A stretch of DNA of 64,000 nt from assembly GCA_028534125.1 (NCBI GenBank), contig CM052818.1, forward strand, positions 32,862,001-32,926,000. The letters run 5' to 3'. Made by a program: the position numbers and the translations under genes. This DNA is from Lama glama. Lineage: Eukaryota. Each line of letters starts with the position of its first letter. Within the stretch, counting starts at the first letter, position 1. The notes below the pieces were generated by a model. That model worked only from the letters and a program-made list of their open reading frames with translations. It did no database searches and was not told the DNA's origin. This document shows positions 25,376 through 37,140 of this stretch, piece by piece.

Positions 25376-28300
25376 TTTTTAAAATTTATTTTTTCAGACG
25401 TATTGAGGTATAATTGACAAAAAAATTGTAAAATATTTAAAGTATATAATGTGATGATTTGATATACATGTGCTTTTTGAAGATTGCCCCCATCACATTA
25501 ACACATCCACCAATTCACATACTCACCTTTTTTCATGTGTGAGAACGTTTAAGTTCTATTCTCTTAGCACGTTTCAATTATACAATACAGTCTCATCATC
25601 TGTAATCACCATCCTACACATTAGATCATCAGCCTTTCTTCATTTTAAAGCTGGAAGTTTGTACCCTTTTAGCAGCTTCTCCTGATTTCCCCTACATGCA
25701 GCCCCTGGCAACCACTTTTCTACTGTTTCTTATAGTTTGACCTTAAAATTTTTGGGGTTTTTTTCCCCCCTAGATTCTATATATGTGATACTATGCAATA
25801 TTTTCTTTCTCTGTCCGGATTATTTCACTTAGCATAATGCCCTCCAGTTTTGTCCACGTTGTCACAAATGACAGGATTTTCTTCCTTTTTTAAGACTGAA
25901 TAATATTCCAGCATGTATATGTATATATGCCACATTTTCTTGATCTATTCATTATCAATAAGCGCTTAGGTTGTTTCCATACCTTGGCTATTGTGAGTAA
26001 TGTTGCAATGAACACAAGAACACGAATATCTCTTCGAGATAATGGTTTTATTTCCTTTGACTATATACCAGAAGTAGGATTGCTGGATCATATGGTAGTT
26101 CTATTTCTAATTTCTTTTTTTGTCTATCTCAAGCAAGTTGTTTTATTTAAAAATTTTTGCCTTTTAAAAAAATTCTTATTTTTTATTGAAGTGTAGTCAA
26201 TTTACAATATTAGTTTCATGTGTACAGGAAAGAGATTCAGTTATACATATGCATATGTATATATATATATTTTTTTCAGATTCTTTTCCATTGCAGCTTA
26301 TTACAAGAAATTGAATATAGTTCCCTGTGCTATACATTAGGTCCCTGTTGTTTATCCATTCTACGTAGAGTAATGTGTATCTATTAATGCCAAACTTCTA
26401 ATCCATCACTCCCCTTCCCTTTCCCCCCAGTCACCACAGTTTGTTTTCTATGTCTGTAAGTCTGTTTCTGGTTTGTAAATAAAATATGTATTTTTTAAAA
26501 TTTAGATTCCACATATAAGTGACATCATATGATGTTTGTCTTTCTCTGTATGACTTACTTCACTTAATATGATAATCTCTAAGTCCATCAGTGCTGCAGC
26601 AAATGGCATCATTTCATTCTTTTTTAAGGCCAAGTAGTATTCTGTTGTATATATATACATCTTCCTTATCTGTTCATCTGTCAGTGGACATTTATGTTGT
26701 TCCCATGTCTTGGCTTCTGTAAATAGTACTGCTACGAACATTGGGGTGCATGTGTCTTTTCAAATTATACTTTCCTCTGGATATATGCCCAGGAGTGGGA
26801 TCGCTGGATCATATGGTAAGTCTATTTTTCGTTTTTTATGGAACCGCCATACTGTTTTCCACAGTGGCTCTACAAGTTTACATTCCCACCAACAGTGTAC
26901 AGGGTTCCCTTTTTCCCACATTCCAGCCAGCACTTGTTATCTGTTGTCTTTTTGATAACAGCCATCCTAACAGGTGTGAAGTGATAGCTCATTGTGTTTT
27001 TTTGATTTCTGTTTTCCTGATGATTAGTGATGTTGAACACCTTTTCATGTGCCTGTTGACCATCTGTATGCTTTCTTTGGAGAAATGTCTAGTCAGATTC
27101 TTTGCCCACTTCTACATTAGGTTATTTGAGGTTTTTTGTTTTGTTTTTGCTATTGAGTTGTTTGAGTTCCTTGAATATTTTTGATATTAACCTCTTATCG
27201 ATACATGGTTTGCAAGTATTTTTTCCATTCCATAGGTTGCCTTTTCCTTTTGTTGATAGTTTCCTTTTTGTATAGGAGCTTTTTAGCTTGATATAATCCC
27301 ACTTGTTTGCTTTTGCTTTCATTGCCTTTGTTTCTGGTGTCAAATCAAAAAAAAATCATTGCTAAGACCAGTGTCAGAGAATTTACCCTCTGTTTTCTTC
27401 TAGGAGTTTTGTGGTTTCAGTTCTTATGTTCAAGTCTTTCATCCATTTTGAGTTTTTTTTTTTCATTCTTTTGCATGTGGCTATCCAGTTTTCCCAACAC
27501 CATTTTTAAAAAGAGACTATTTTCCCCCATTGTACATTCTTGCTCCTTTGTTATAAATTAATAGACCATATATGCATGGGTTTATTTCTGGGCTCTATGT
27601 TTTGTTTCATTGATTTATGTGTCTGTTTTTATGCCAATACCACACTGTTTTGGTTACTCTAGCTTTGTAATATAGTTTGAAGTCAGGAAGTGTGTGCCTC
27701 CAGTTTTGCTCCTGTTTCTCAGTATTGCTTTGGCAATTTAGGGTATTTTGTGGTTCCATACAAATTTTAGGATTTTTTTTCAATTTTTGTGAAAAATGCC
27801 ACTGAATTTTGATAGGGATTGAAATGAATCTGAAGATTGCTTTGGACAGTAGGACATTTTAATAATATTAATTCTTCAACTCTATGGCATGGAATATCTT
27901 TTTATTTGTGTCTTCTTTAATTTCTTTCATCAGTATCTTATGATTTTCAATGTACAGATCTTTTACTCCCTTGATTAAATTCTTTCCTAAGTATTTCCTT
28001 TTTGATGCTATTGTAAATAAAATTCTTCTTAATTTCTCTTTCTGATAGTTCATTGTTGGCATATAGAAATGCAACTAATTTTTTAACGTTGATTTTGTAC
28101 TCTGCAACTGTATTGAATTTATTTATAAATTCTAACAGGGTTTTGATGGAATCTTTAGGGTTTTGTACATAAAATATCATCATTTGTAAAAAGAGAAACT
28201 TATTTCTTCCTTTCCAACATGGAGGCTTTTTGTTTCTTTTTCTTGTCCAATTGTCTTATCTAGGACTTCTAGTACTATGTTGAATAAAAGTAGTGAGAGC

Positions 28301-29040
28301 AGACATCTTTGTCTTGTTCCTTATCTTAGAGGAAAAGCTTTTAGCTTTTCACCATTGAGTCTGATGTTAGCTGTGGGCTTGTCATATATGGCATTTATTA
28401 TTTTGATGTATGTTCCATCTATACAGAGTTTGAGAGTTTTTAATCATAAAATGTTGATTAATTTTGTCAAATACTTTCTTGGCATCTACTGAGATGTCAT
28501 ACAAACGATTTTTATCCCTCATTTTATTAATGTGGTGTGTCATATTGATTTTGTGGTTGTTGAACTGTCCTTGAATCCTAGAATAAACTCTACATGATTG
28601 TGGTGCATGTACCTTTAAATGTATTGTTGAATTCAGTTTGCTAATATTTGGTTGAGGATTTTTGCATCCATGTTCATCAGGGATATTGGCCTGAAGTTTT
28701 TTTTATAGTGTCCTTGTCTGGCTTTAGTATCAGAGTATTGCTGGCCTCATAAAATGAGTTTGGAAGTGTCCCCTCTTCTATTTTTGGAAGTGTTTCAAAA
28801 AGATTGGTGTTAGTTCTTCTTTAGATGTTTGGTAGAATTTTTTTGTTGGAAGGTTTTGGATTGCTAATTCAAATCTCCTCTGAATTAGTAACCAGTCTGT
28901 TCAGATTTTCTATTACCTCATTATTTAGCATTGGTAGGTTTTATGTTTCTAGAAATTTATCAGTTTCTTCTAGATTGTCTAATTTGTTGGTGTATAATTG
29001 TTCATAGTAGTCTCTTACAGTCCTTTATATTTCTGTGGTA
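25376..29040 (-). mobile_element. Composite L1: two 3' ends (~25376 and ~26175) plus ~2 kb of degenerate ORF2
   Basis: Two poly-T/3'UTR starts; ORF2 remnants in the ORF track (..KANKWDYIKLKS.., ..NPKDSIKTLLEFINKFNTVAEYKIN..) broken by stops and frameshifts. Confidence 0.9.
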
Positions 29041-29870
29041 TGGCTACATCATTTTAGGGGGGCAAAGCATGGGATTTATCCTGGGCCCTGGTCCAGAGGT
29101 AAAGATGGGATTAATCAGTCCATCAGTACAACACCATTGTCCTGTGAAAACAGCAGTAAAAAACTGTTTGCTCAGAGACGTTAAGGAAGTGTATACAAAG
29201 CAATTAGCAAAAAAGCCAATATCATATGCAATATAATCAAGCTGTTCATGTGCAGCCAAGGTAATAAGCAAATTCAGAGGCTGGAAAGGGAGCAGTGGTC
29301 CTGGCAGGGAGAAGTTAGAGAAGGAGTCAAGGGGAAAGTGCTACCTGAAGTTGCATCTGGATGGCGAAAAATGTTGGGTTCCAGGGGATAAAGGATACAC
29401 TCCCTTTTTTCTTCCAGAAGCCCCTCCTCAGTGTGAGAGCCACTTAGAAGGAGGCCAGGGTAGGCACAGCTTTGCCCTTGTCCCTGGTTTGGGCTCCCCC
29501 TAGGTTTCTTGATGGGGCCTGGGGAGGGACATGGTGTAGCACTTCTCTCTGTGGTGGCTGCTCTTCCAGCCCAGTGAGGGGAAGTTTTTCAGGGGGCCCT
29601 GCCTTTCAGTGCCTCAGCACAGATAACAAAGAAAACAAAGGCGGTGCCCTCTAGATGGGGGCTCAGGGTAAACTTAGAGCTCAGTAAAGGAATGCCCTTG
29701 GGCATGATATTGCATCAAAATCACACTTGGTCCCCAGGGGCAGCTGTGCAGCCCCCCAGCCTTCTTTGTAGATGCCACAGCGCATTACACCATTTACTTG
29801 GCCTGGGGCAGAGTGTGTGATTTAGGGTAGAGCCAGAGAAAGACGCAGTGTGATTTAGTGGAAAGAGCAC

Positions 29871-30539
29871 ACTTTTTCAAAAAAATCTACTCTATTGAGG
29901 TATAACATTATAATGCACATGTTTTCAGTGCACAATTTGAGTTTGACATAGGTAACCCCATCACAATCAAGATATAAAATAGCCCCATCACCCAGAATTC
30001 CCTCCCTCATGCCCTTTTGCACCCAATGCCCCTGCGCCAGCCCAGGGAGTCCACTCACCTGCTTCCTGTCATTGTAGATCTGTTTTACCTTTTCTGGAAT
30101 TTCATATAAATGGAATCACAGATCGTGTACTCTCAGATACTTGGCTTCATGTTTTTGAGATCCATCCGTGTTGTGAGGATCGGTAGTTCATTTTGTTTCA
30201 CTGCTGAGCAGTGTCCTGTAGTACGGACACACTGCAATTTGTTGGTCCCATTCACCTGCTGTCGGACAGTTTGGCAGTTTCCAGTGTTGGACTCTTATGA
30301 GCAAAACTGCTGCCATTGTTTTTGTACAACACATTGTGTGGGTGCACGTGTCTTTCCTTTGGAAAAATAATGGGAATATATTACTGGGTCATGTGATAAG
30401 GTACATTTAACCTTAGGAAAAGCAGTCAAACTGTTTTCCAAGGTGGTTGTACGATTTTGCACACCCATCAGCTGTGTGTGGAGATTCCGGTTCTTCCACA
30501 CCCTCCCCAGCACTTCTTGTGATTTGTCTTTTTAATTTC
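29871..30539 (-). mobile_element. L1 3' fragment (L1MB/MC-like) splitting a MIR
   Basis: L1 3'UTR/ORF2-end motifs; putative TSD aagagcac (29863-29870) / aagagccc (30540-30547); MIR resumes at ~30548-30730. Confidence 0.75.
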
Positions 30540-32009
30540 AAGAGCCCGGGTTTTGAAGTCAGACATATTTCAAATTCTAGTTCTGTTCCTTGCTAACCCA
30601 CAGTGGTGGATGAGTTATCTGAGCTCATAGAGTCCAGCTTCCAGTCTCATTTAAAAAATGAGAATAATACTACCTTCTTTCTGAGGTTGTCGTGAGGATA
30701 TATAATGTTAAAAAGTAAAGCACTTGGCCTTGATCACATGATTTATGTAGAACTTGGGAACTAGGTACAGGAGAAGGGATAGAAGTCTGGGAGAAGGGAA
30801 GAGTAAGACACTTTAATAGCAATAGGCTTAATGTTGAAAAAAGGAATGAACACAGAATTTCAAGTTTGAACCTAAGAGTAGTTTAGGGAACCATCAGGAA
30901 TGCGAAGATAGAAATATAATAACTTGCTGACACATTCTGTTTCACAGACCAACCACACAGTTATTTCCTAAAACCAATAATGTACTTGTTCTCAATTTTT
31001 AATGTGTACTGGAATCATTTGGGGTGGAGGTGAGACAGTGGGGTGATGGATTAACACAGGAGAAAAATTTAGCTGGAGAGTTTGTTGAAATACAAATTGC
31101 TGACTGTATGCATCCCTGGAAATTCGGATTCTGAACAGCTGGGGTGGGGCCCAGTAATCTACATTTTTACAAGCTCTCCAGGTGATTCTGATGTCAGTGG
31201 AACTTGGACTATATCTAAGTATCTTCTCAAGAAAGGTGGGGAAGGTATCTAATCATGCCACGCCTCTACTTAAAACAAATCCTTCCCTTCTACCTATGAG
31301 ATACTGTCAAATGCACCCTGGACGAACCTTAGCATGTCTTCCAAGTTTCTTCATGATTTCCTAGGCTGAAGTATAAAGCAGGGTAACACTAGGAGACACT
31401 GTTTCTCAAGGAAGAAAAAAAAGTCTCCCTTCCTCTGTTAAGAAAACACTGCCCAATGTTAATGTGAGGAGGGTACATCTCAGGTCCTTAACCAATTTCA
31501 CTACCTGTTTCTTCTGATCAGCTCTGAATATTTCCATATTCCCCAAACATTTTGCCATTTATCCTGTAACTCTGTGCAAGGGCTTTTTCTTCCTCCCACT
31601 GAAACCCTACCCATCTTTCATAACTTGCTCAAAGTTTCCATTACTTCTAGTCTGAAATCTTCTTGAGTTTTTCTTCATTCTATCTCATGAGGGTCCTCGT
31701 AGGCACCTTTTACTCCAGCATTCACTACATTTGTTGACTTGTCTGTTTCTCTGTCTAGCTCAGTGGTTCTTAATTGTTAACATCCACTCCCCAGGACAGA
31801 TAACCCAACCCCACTCCCCAGAGGACACTCCATGCCCATGCCTCATTGAGCAGGAGTCCAGAGGCCAGCTTTAACTTCAGACCACTCTCTTGCATGTAGG
31901 AAAGCACGCTGAGTTGCAAGAGTGTTAGAATGATAGGTTGTAGTGAATACTGTGCTTCTTTGATCAGTTGCTCCCTGGAACACAATTCATTTCCACTGAC
32001 TCATCCCCA

Positions 32010-34385
32010 AAGAGAATTTATGTAGGAAGACCCATTAGGATGTGGAAGAAAATATTAAATTTTCTACTTATTTGCACTTTTTAACCTAAAAATAAGAAGC
32101 TGGCCTTTGTAATACAGTATCTGTAGATTGACCCTGGCATTCTCATGCAAGTGTCACAGGTCACGTACTGTGTGACTGGTTTCCTGGGGGTGACAATGTG
32201 AACCAGCACTGAGAGACTGAAAGTGGCTTCTTGCTCAGTTGTCTACTTGCAGTGGGCTGTTAACGATGGTCCTCCCAGGTCACAGAGTTAGAAAGGAGTA
32301 GAACCAGAGTTGAAATCTGTCTGACAACAAGCTGTCAGACAAATTAAAGCAACAAGAAAAATGGCAGAGCTGACAGCCCTGACAGTAAGGGCTTTTCAAA
32401 GCCACATTGTCAAAGGAAAACAATCATGATCTAAGTGGACCTGACAAGGAGACAAAACAAGATAAACCCCCCCCAAACATTGATTTTGAAATTATCAAGA
32501 AGTCTATATTGAGTATGGATTTATATGCACCCCTCCCTAGTAATAATAAACCCCTCCCTAAGTGCATTATGGTACAGTCAGAATTAAGCTAATGAAATGA
32601 AGCCAAGTGGATTAGCAAGACATTTAAAAACTGAGCATTTGGTAACATGTCAGCAAACCACTCCACTTTTTAAAAGCAATGTTTAAAATCATAGCATTCT
32701 GAATTGAACACTTCACAAAATTCACCAAACTTACTGATAAATGTTTAGAGGTACGTTTTCCCCCTTTATAAAGTTTTCTTACTAGCAAAGAGCCACATAC
32801 CATAGTGACTAAAATAAAACAAGGGAAACCACACAGTGCAGAAAGAATAGGTACAAGCTTGTCTGTGCCCACTGTTGGAGGATGCATAGAAAACATTGCC
32901 AAGTGTTAGAACAAATTACAAAGTGTTGGGCATTTGGATAAAATACAATTTAAAAAACCAGTATCTCTTAGCCTATGGTGTATGTTGGATGGCTTCAGTT
33001 ATGAACTGTACATACAGTTGCTCTGTATGTTTGTGTACCATTAAAAAAAAATGAAGTGTACCAGTGAAGATATATTCTCAACAGAAAATTACTACTTTAA
33101 TAAAAACAATGCTTTGGAAAAACCATGAAAGTGTCTTCCACTAATAGAGCTACTGCTTTGACTAGAATAAAAAGATTCCTGGGTAAGAGAGCCGTCAACA
33201 CAGAACCGTCAGTGAAATTCTTTCATTGTATCATTTATTGACACGCTATTGATTGGCAAAGCCAAAAGTGTCTAAATGAGATAGGGTATCATCAGTTTGG
33301 TAATCCTTATGAGCCAGGTTTCTAAGTATAATAGAATCCTTACAATGTTTTGTAATGAGATGGGGAGTCACCATGACAATATTTTGGCAGTGTGCTTGTA
33401 AGAGCCGTCAAGCTTGAAGATGAATTATGCATTTTTAAAATCAATAGACAACTGTTTTAAACTTGCTGACCTTTTCTATGATGCCAACTGGTTGTCGGTA
33501 ATATGTCACCTAGCAAATATTAAAAAGAAAAAAAAAACCCCAAAAAGAAAAAAGAAACCCAAAACTTATTTCCTGGAAAAGGGGAGGAAGTAATTGCTTT
33601 TTGAAAGTAAGTTGTAGAGTGTGGTGAGTGAAGGTGCCCTTTAAAAACAAAGGTGGGGTTGGGAGTTGATTTTGAAAACAGATGTTTGGAATTGTTAGAC
33701 TGTTCTGTGATTCTGCAGTTGACAAAGGTGAGCGTCCTCCATAGACTCTCATATCTGTGTACATTTTTTAAAAATCAGGAAGAAAACTTTTTTAACCTGG
33801 TTTGAAATTTCCAAAACAACTTCATCAGTGGGGTGTGAACCCATTTGTGAAAAAATGGGACACCTTCCAATTAGTTCCCTAAAAAATAAAAAAAAGATTG
33901 ACATTAGGGAGAAGGGGATTTCCCTAGTGACATTTAGCAGAAATCTTTGTGCAATTGAATGAGAATAGTGATTTAGTTAACACAGCTGACAAGGTACATC
34001 TTCTGTTTGGAACAGTGCATCTTTGTGAGGAATCTTTTTTTCCAGCCACGACCACCTTTGAAAGCAAGTTTAGAAAGAAAATTAACCTAATACCAGATCT
34101 TGGAATAGTCATTATCAGAAAGCTCTAAGTCAAGATTTTGAAAATAGTGAAACATATTCAATCAGAATGCTCTCCTCCTCCCAAATACTACTATTTTAGC
34201 AAGAGCAAAACCTTTATTTCATGTTTATCTTCTTCTCTACAAATTTCTGTTTTTGTGAATGTTTTGTGGTTACTATATTAGTACAGTAATGGGTATATAT
34301 AATTTATTAAAAAAATTTCTATATTGTGGTACATATGCTGACATTTTTTGCAAGTGCGTAATCCAAAAACTGTGGCAATCCCTAT
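32010..34385 (+). mobile_element. hAT-Charlie DNA transposon fossil (Charlie7-like) with decayed transposase
   Basis: Colinear remnants: YQEVYIEYGF (~32493), PKCI..ANEMKPS..RHLKTEH zinc-finger region (~32560-32640), HCII (~33225), FCNEMGS (~33348), LLFGTVHLCEESF and KSKFRKKINL (~34000-34090); many stops and frameshifts. Confidence 0.85.
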
Positions 34386-36529
34386 GGCAGACTAAAACCC
34401 TTGGAGGTGACGCATGCCTTCCTCACCAATGTTTACTCACGGCCCACACAGGACACGTGATAAGCCTTAGTTCCACAGGCTGCCTGGTGGACTGAATGAA
34501 TGAAGACACCTCCCGGTAAAAAATGTTTCTGTCATAGGAACAACATAAATAATCAACTCAGGGGGAAAGTGCCTGAGTACATAAATAAGCATTTGGCAGA
34601 GGAACAAAAGCCATCAAATATGAAAACTAAGGCTCATCCTATGAATAATACTAACAGGAGCTCATTTTATTAAGTGTTCACTCCATGCCAGGTGTGTTCT
34701 GTGCCTAACACTCAGGGCCTCCCCGAATTTTCACATTTTATTTTATGAGATCCTGTTTTCACCTGTACCTGTGCTGCCTTCTAGAAAGAGGGCTGCCCTG
34801 GGAACAATTCTGGAAACTGTTTTCTTGTCTCCTCATGGGACTTCAGACCCAAAGAGATTCCAGTCGTGTGCCCTGCTGTGTAAAGTGAGTTACAGAAATA
34901 GAAGTGAAAAAGAAAGGTGGAAATGGAGCCTCCATATATAATGAGATTATCATCGATCTGCCGGTCACAGGAGCTATGCTCTGAACTATTCTTCCAGCAA
35001 GTGGAAAAAAACCAAGCTGCCCTGTAGGCCTCCTCAGCTCTGCCCCAGGGCCCAGCACTTCCTCTCCAGGGGGTTGACACCCCTTGGCCACTGCCTCCTT
35101 TCCTCTCCCCACAGACAGAGGGCAGGGGTGCAGGGAGGGCCTGTCACGCTGGCTTTGTAGAGCACAGAGCACTAGATGCTTTAACGCAGGACCATCTTTT
35201 TTATTTCCAAACCCAGGCAGGTTTAGAAAAGAACTGAAACCAGACTTTGTTATAGTAGAGTCCCCTGGCAGAGTGAGCAGAGCAAACACCTGCCTCCCAG
35301 ATGATCCGGGGACTAGGTGGTGAGCCTGAACTCCTTTGTATCCTGGACCCTTAGATCCACCCCCAGCTTTGAGGAATCATGATGATAACACCTGAAAGGA
35401 GGCTGTACTGTCAGCCTCTTTCAGCGTCCTTCTGGGGTATCGGTAAACGCAAACAATTCAAAGTTGAATGTAATGATGCTCAGAAAGGAACAGTCAGAAG
35501 CAGGCTGTGTGGCTGTTCAGTTCTCCTCTGAGTGGGACCCAGGGCTGCAGGCTGGTTCTCTCCAAGGGAAGGGCCTTGTCTTAGGTTGCCAGGGTGAGAC
35601 TGAGCTTTTACCGGAAGGCCAATAATTTTATTGTGGGCTTAGGCTGAGAACATTTGGAAAATCAAAGTAGACAACATACTGCCGGGGGTGGGGAGAGCGG
35701 GACTCGTGGACACACTTTCAGCCCAGTTTTCCCCAGGAGATGGGTTTATCGAGCTCCTCCACTGCCAGACCCTTTTCATACGTTTCCTCACTGAATTCAC
35801 TAACAGCCTTTTAAGGCAGACATTACCCTTGTTTTATTATCATTGAAGAAATAAGGTTACTTGTAATAATTCAGGATTGGAATCCCTTTTTGCTCCCATC
35901 TGATCCCCAGCCATCCTAGTCCCTGAGTCTGCTTGTGCTTGAGACTTGAACTGATCATGAAAAATGAAGTTCAAATGCCTGAAATGCCATCCAGGTTAGT
36001 GTGTTTAAGGGAAACCTCTGTTAACTTCCTTCCTTCTCACATCCTCCTCACTTCCTGCTCATCCCACACTGTGCGCCTGTGTCCTGATGACCGTAGGACA
36101 GTGTAGCCAGGGTCCGATAGGGGTGGACCCTGCTCCTCTCTGGGAAGATGCAGGTCCCGTGGCCCTTGGCTTGTTGCAGTACCAGCTGCCAGAACAATGA
36201 GAAGGCTTATCGTGACAAGGCTTCTGGACTTGGCGTAGAATACAGGGGATGCTCACTTGAGTGGCCACCTTTTGCTGAAGCCTGGTGAGCCCTGGCCACC
36301 ACCTAACAGTGCCTTTCTGCTAAGGAGCTGGGCCCAGTCTGGCCTGCTGCAGGGATGCTGGTTTGGGGCCGGCTGTGTCTGGGACCTGCTCTGATGTGGG
36401 ATCTCCGTTTCTTTGCTCGGGTCAACTTCGGTGACTTTGTAGTGAACACTCACCAAAGTTCTGGATACAGCCCTCTCCAACTGATCGCGGAATGAATAAG
36501 CAGCATAGTAAGTAGCTTTGTTCTGTAAA

Positions 36530-37140
36530 ACATCTTCCTCCTTAATTGTTTTACTTCAAAGATCTGATGAAATATACATATAGAAAAAGTCTGAAATACA
36601 TATACCTTCAAGCAAGATCTTGTGAAACAACCCCCCATGTTAAGAAGTTGCCATTCTAGTATCTTAGAGCCTTTTCCTACATCCCTCCTCTGCTACCACC
36701 CCCTTCCTCCTCTCAAAAGTAACAACTTGACTGGTTTTTATGATAATCATTACATTGATTTCCTTTACTAGCTTTACCACCATCACCATGTGTAAATGGA
36801 CTCATATTACATGCATTCTCTGTAATCTTCCTCCTTCTCACTCAGCATTTTGTGTAAGGGTCACCCAAGTTGATGAGTGCAGCTGTAGTAACTCATTTTC
36901 TCTGATACATGAAGTCTCCATTATATTAATATACCAGGAGTTATTTTTCCAGCCCATTACTGATGAACATTGATCTCATGGTTTCCAGCTTCATTGTTTC
37001 TGTGAACAACACTGCCACAAATATTCTTGTACACATCTCCCTAGAGAGACACGTTTGCAAATGTTTCTTTGGGAGCTATCTTATCACCTAGGGATGGAAT
37101 TACTGGGTTGTCAGTTCCCACTTGTTCAACTTTACTAGGC
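36530..37140 (-). mobile_element. Old L1 3' fragment (L1ME-like)
   Basis: tgatgaacattg ... gtttccag ... gaacaacactgccacaaatattcttgtacacatctcc ... ggaattactgggt. Confidence 0.6.

Noticed and set aside
29044..29340. 75-aa minus ORF abutting the truncated L1 5' end
   Set aside because: No recognisable homology; probably flanking or old repeat sequence.
32400..34400. Possible 3'UTR of a neighbouring gene such as PPP1CB
   Set aside because: Better explained by hAT transposase remnants; I saw no PPP1CB exons in the window.
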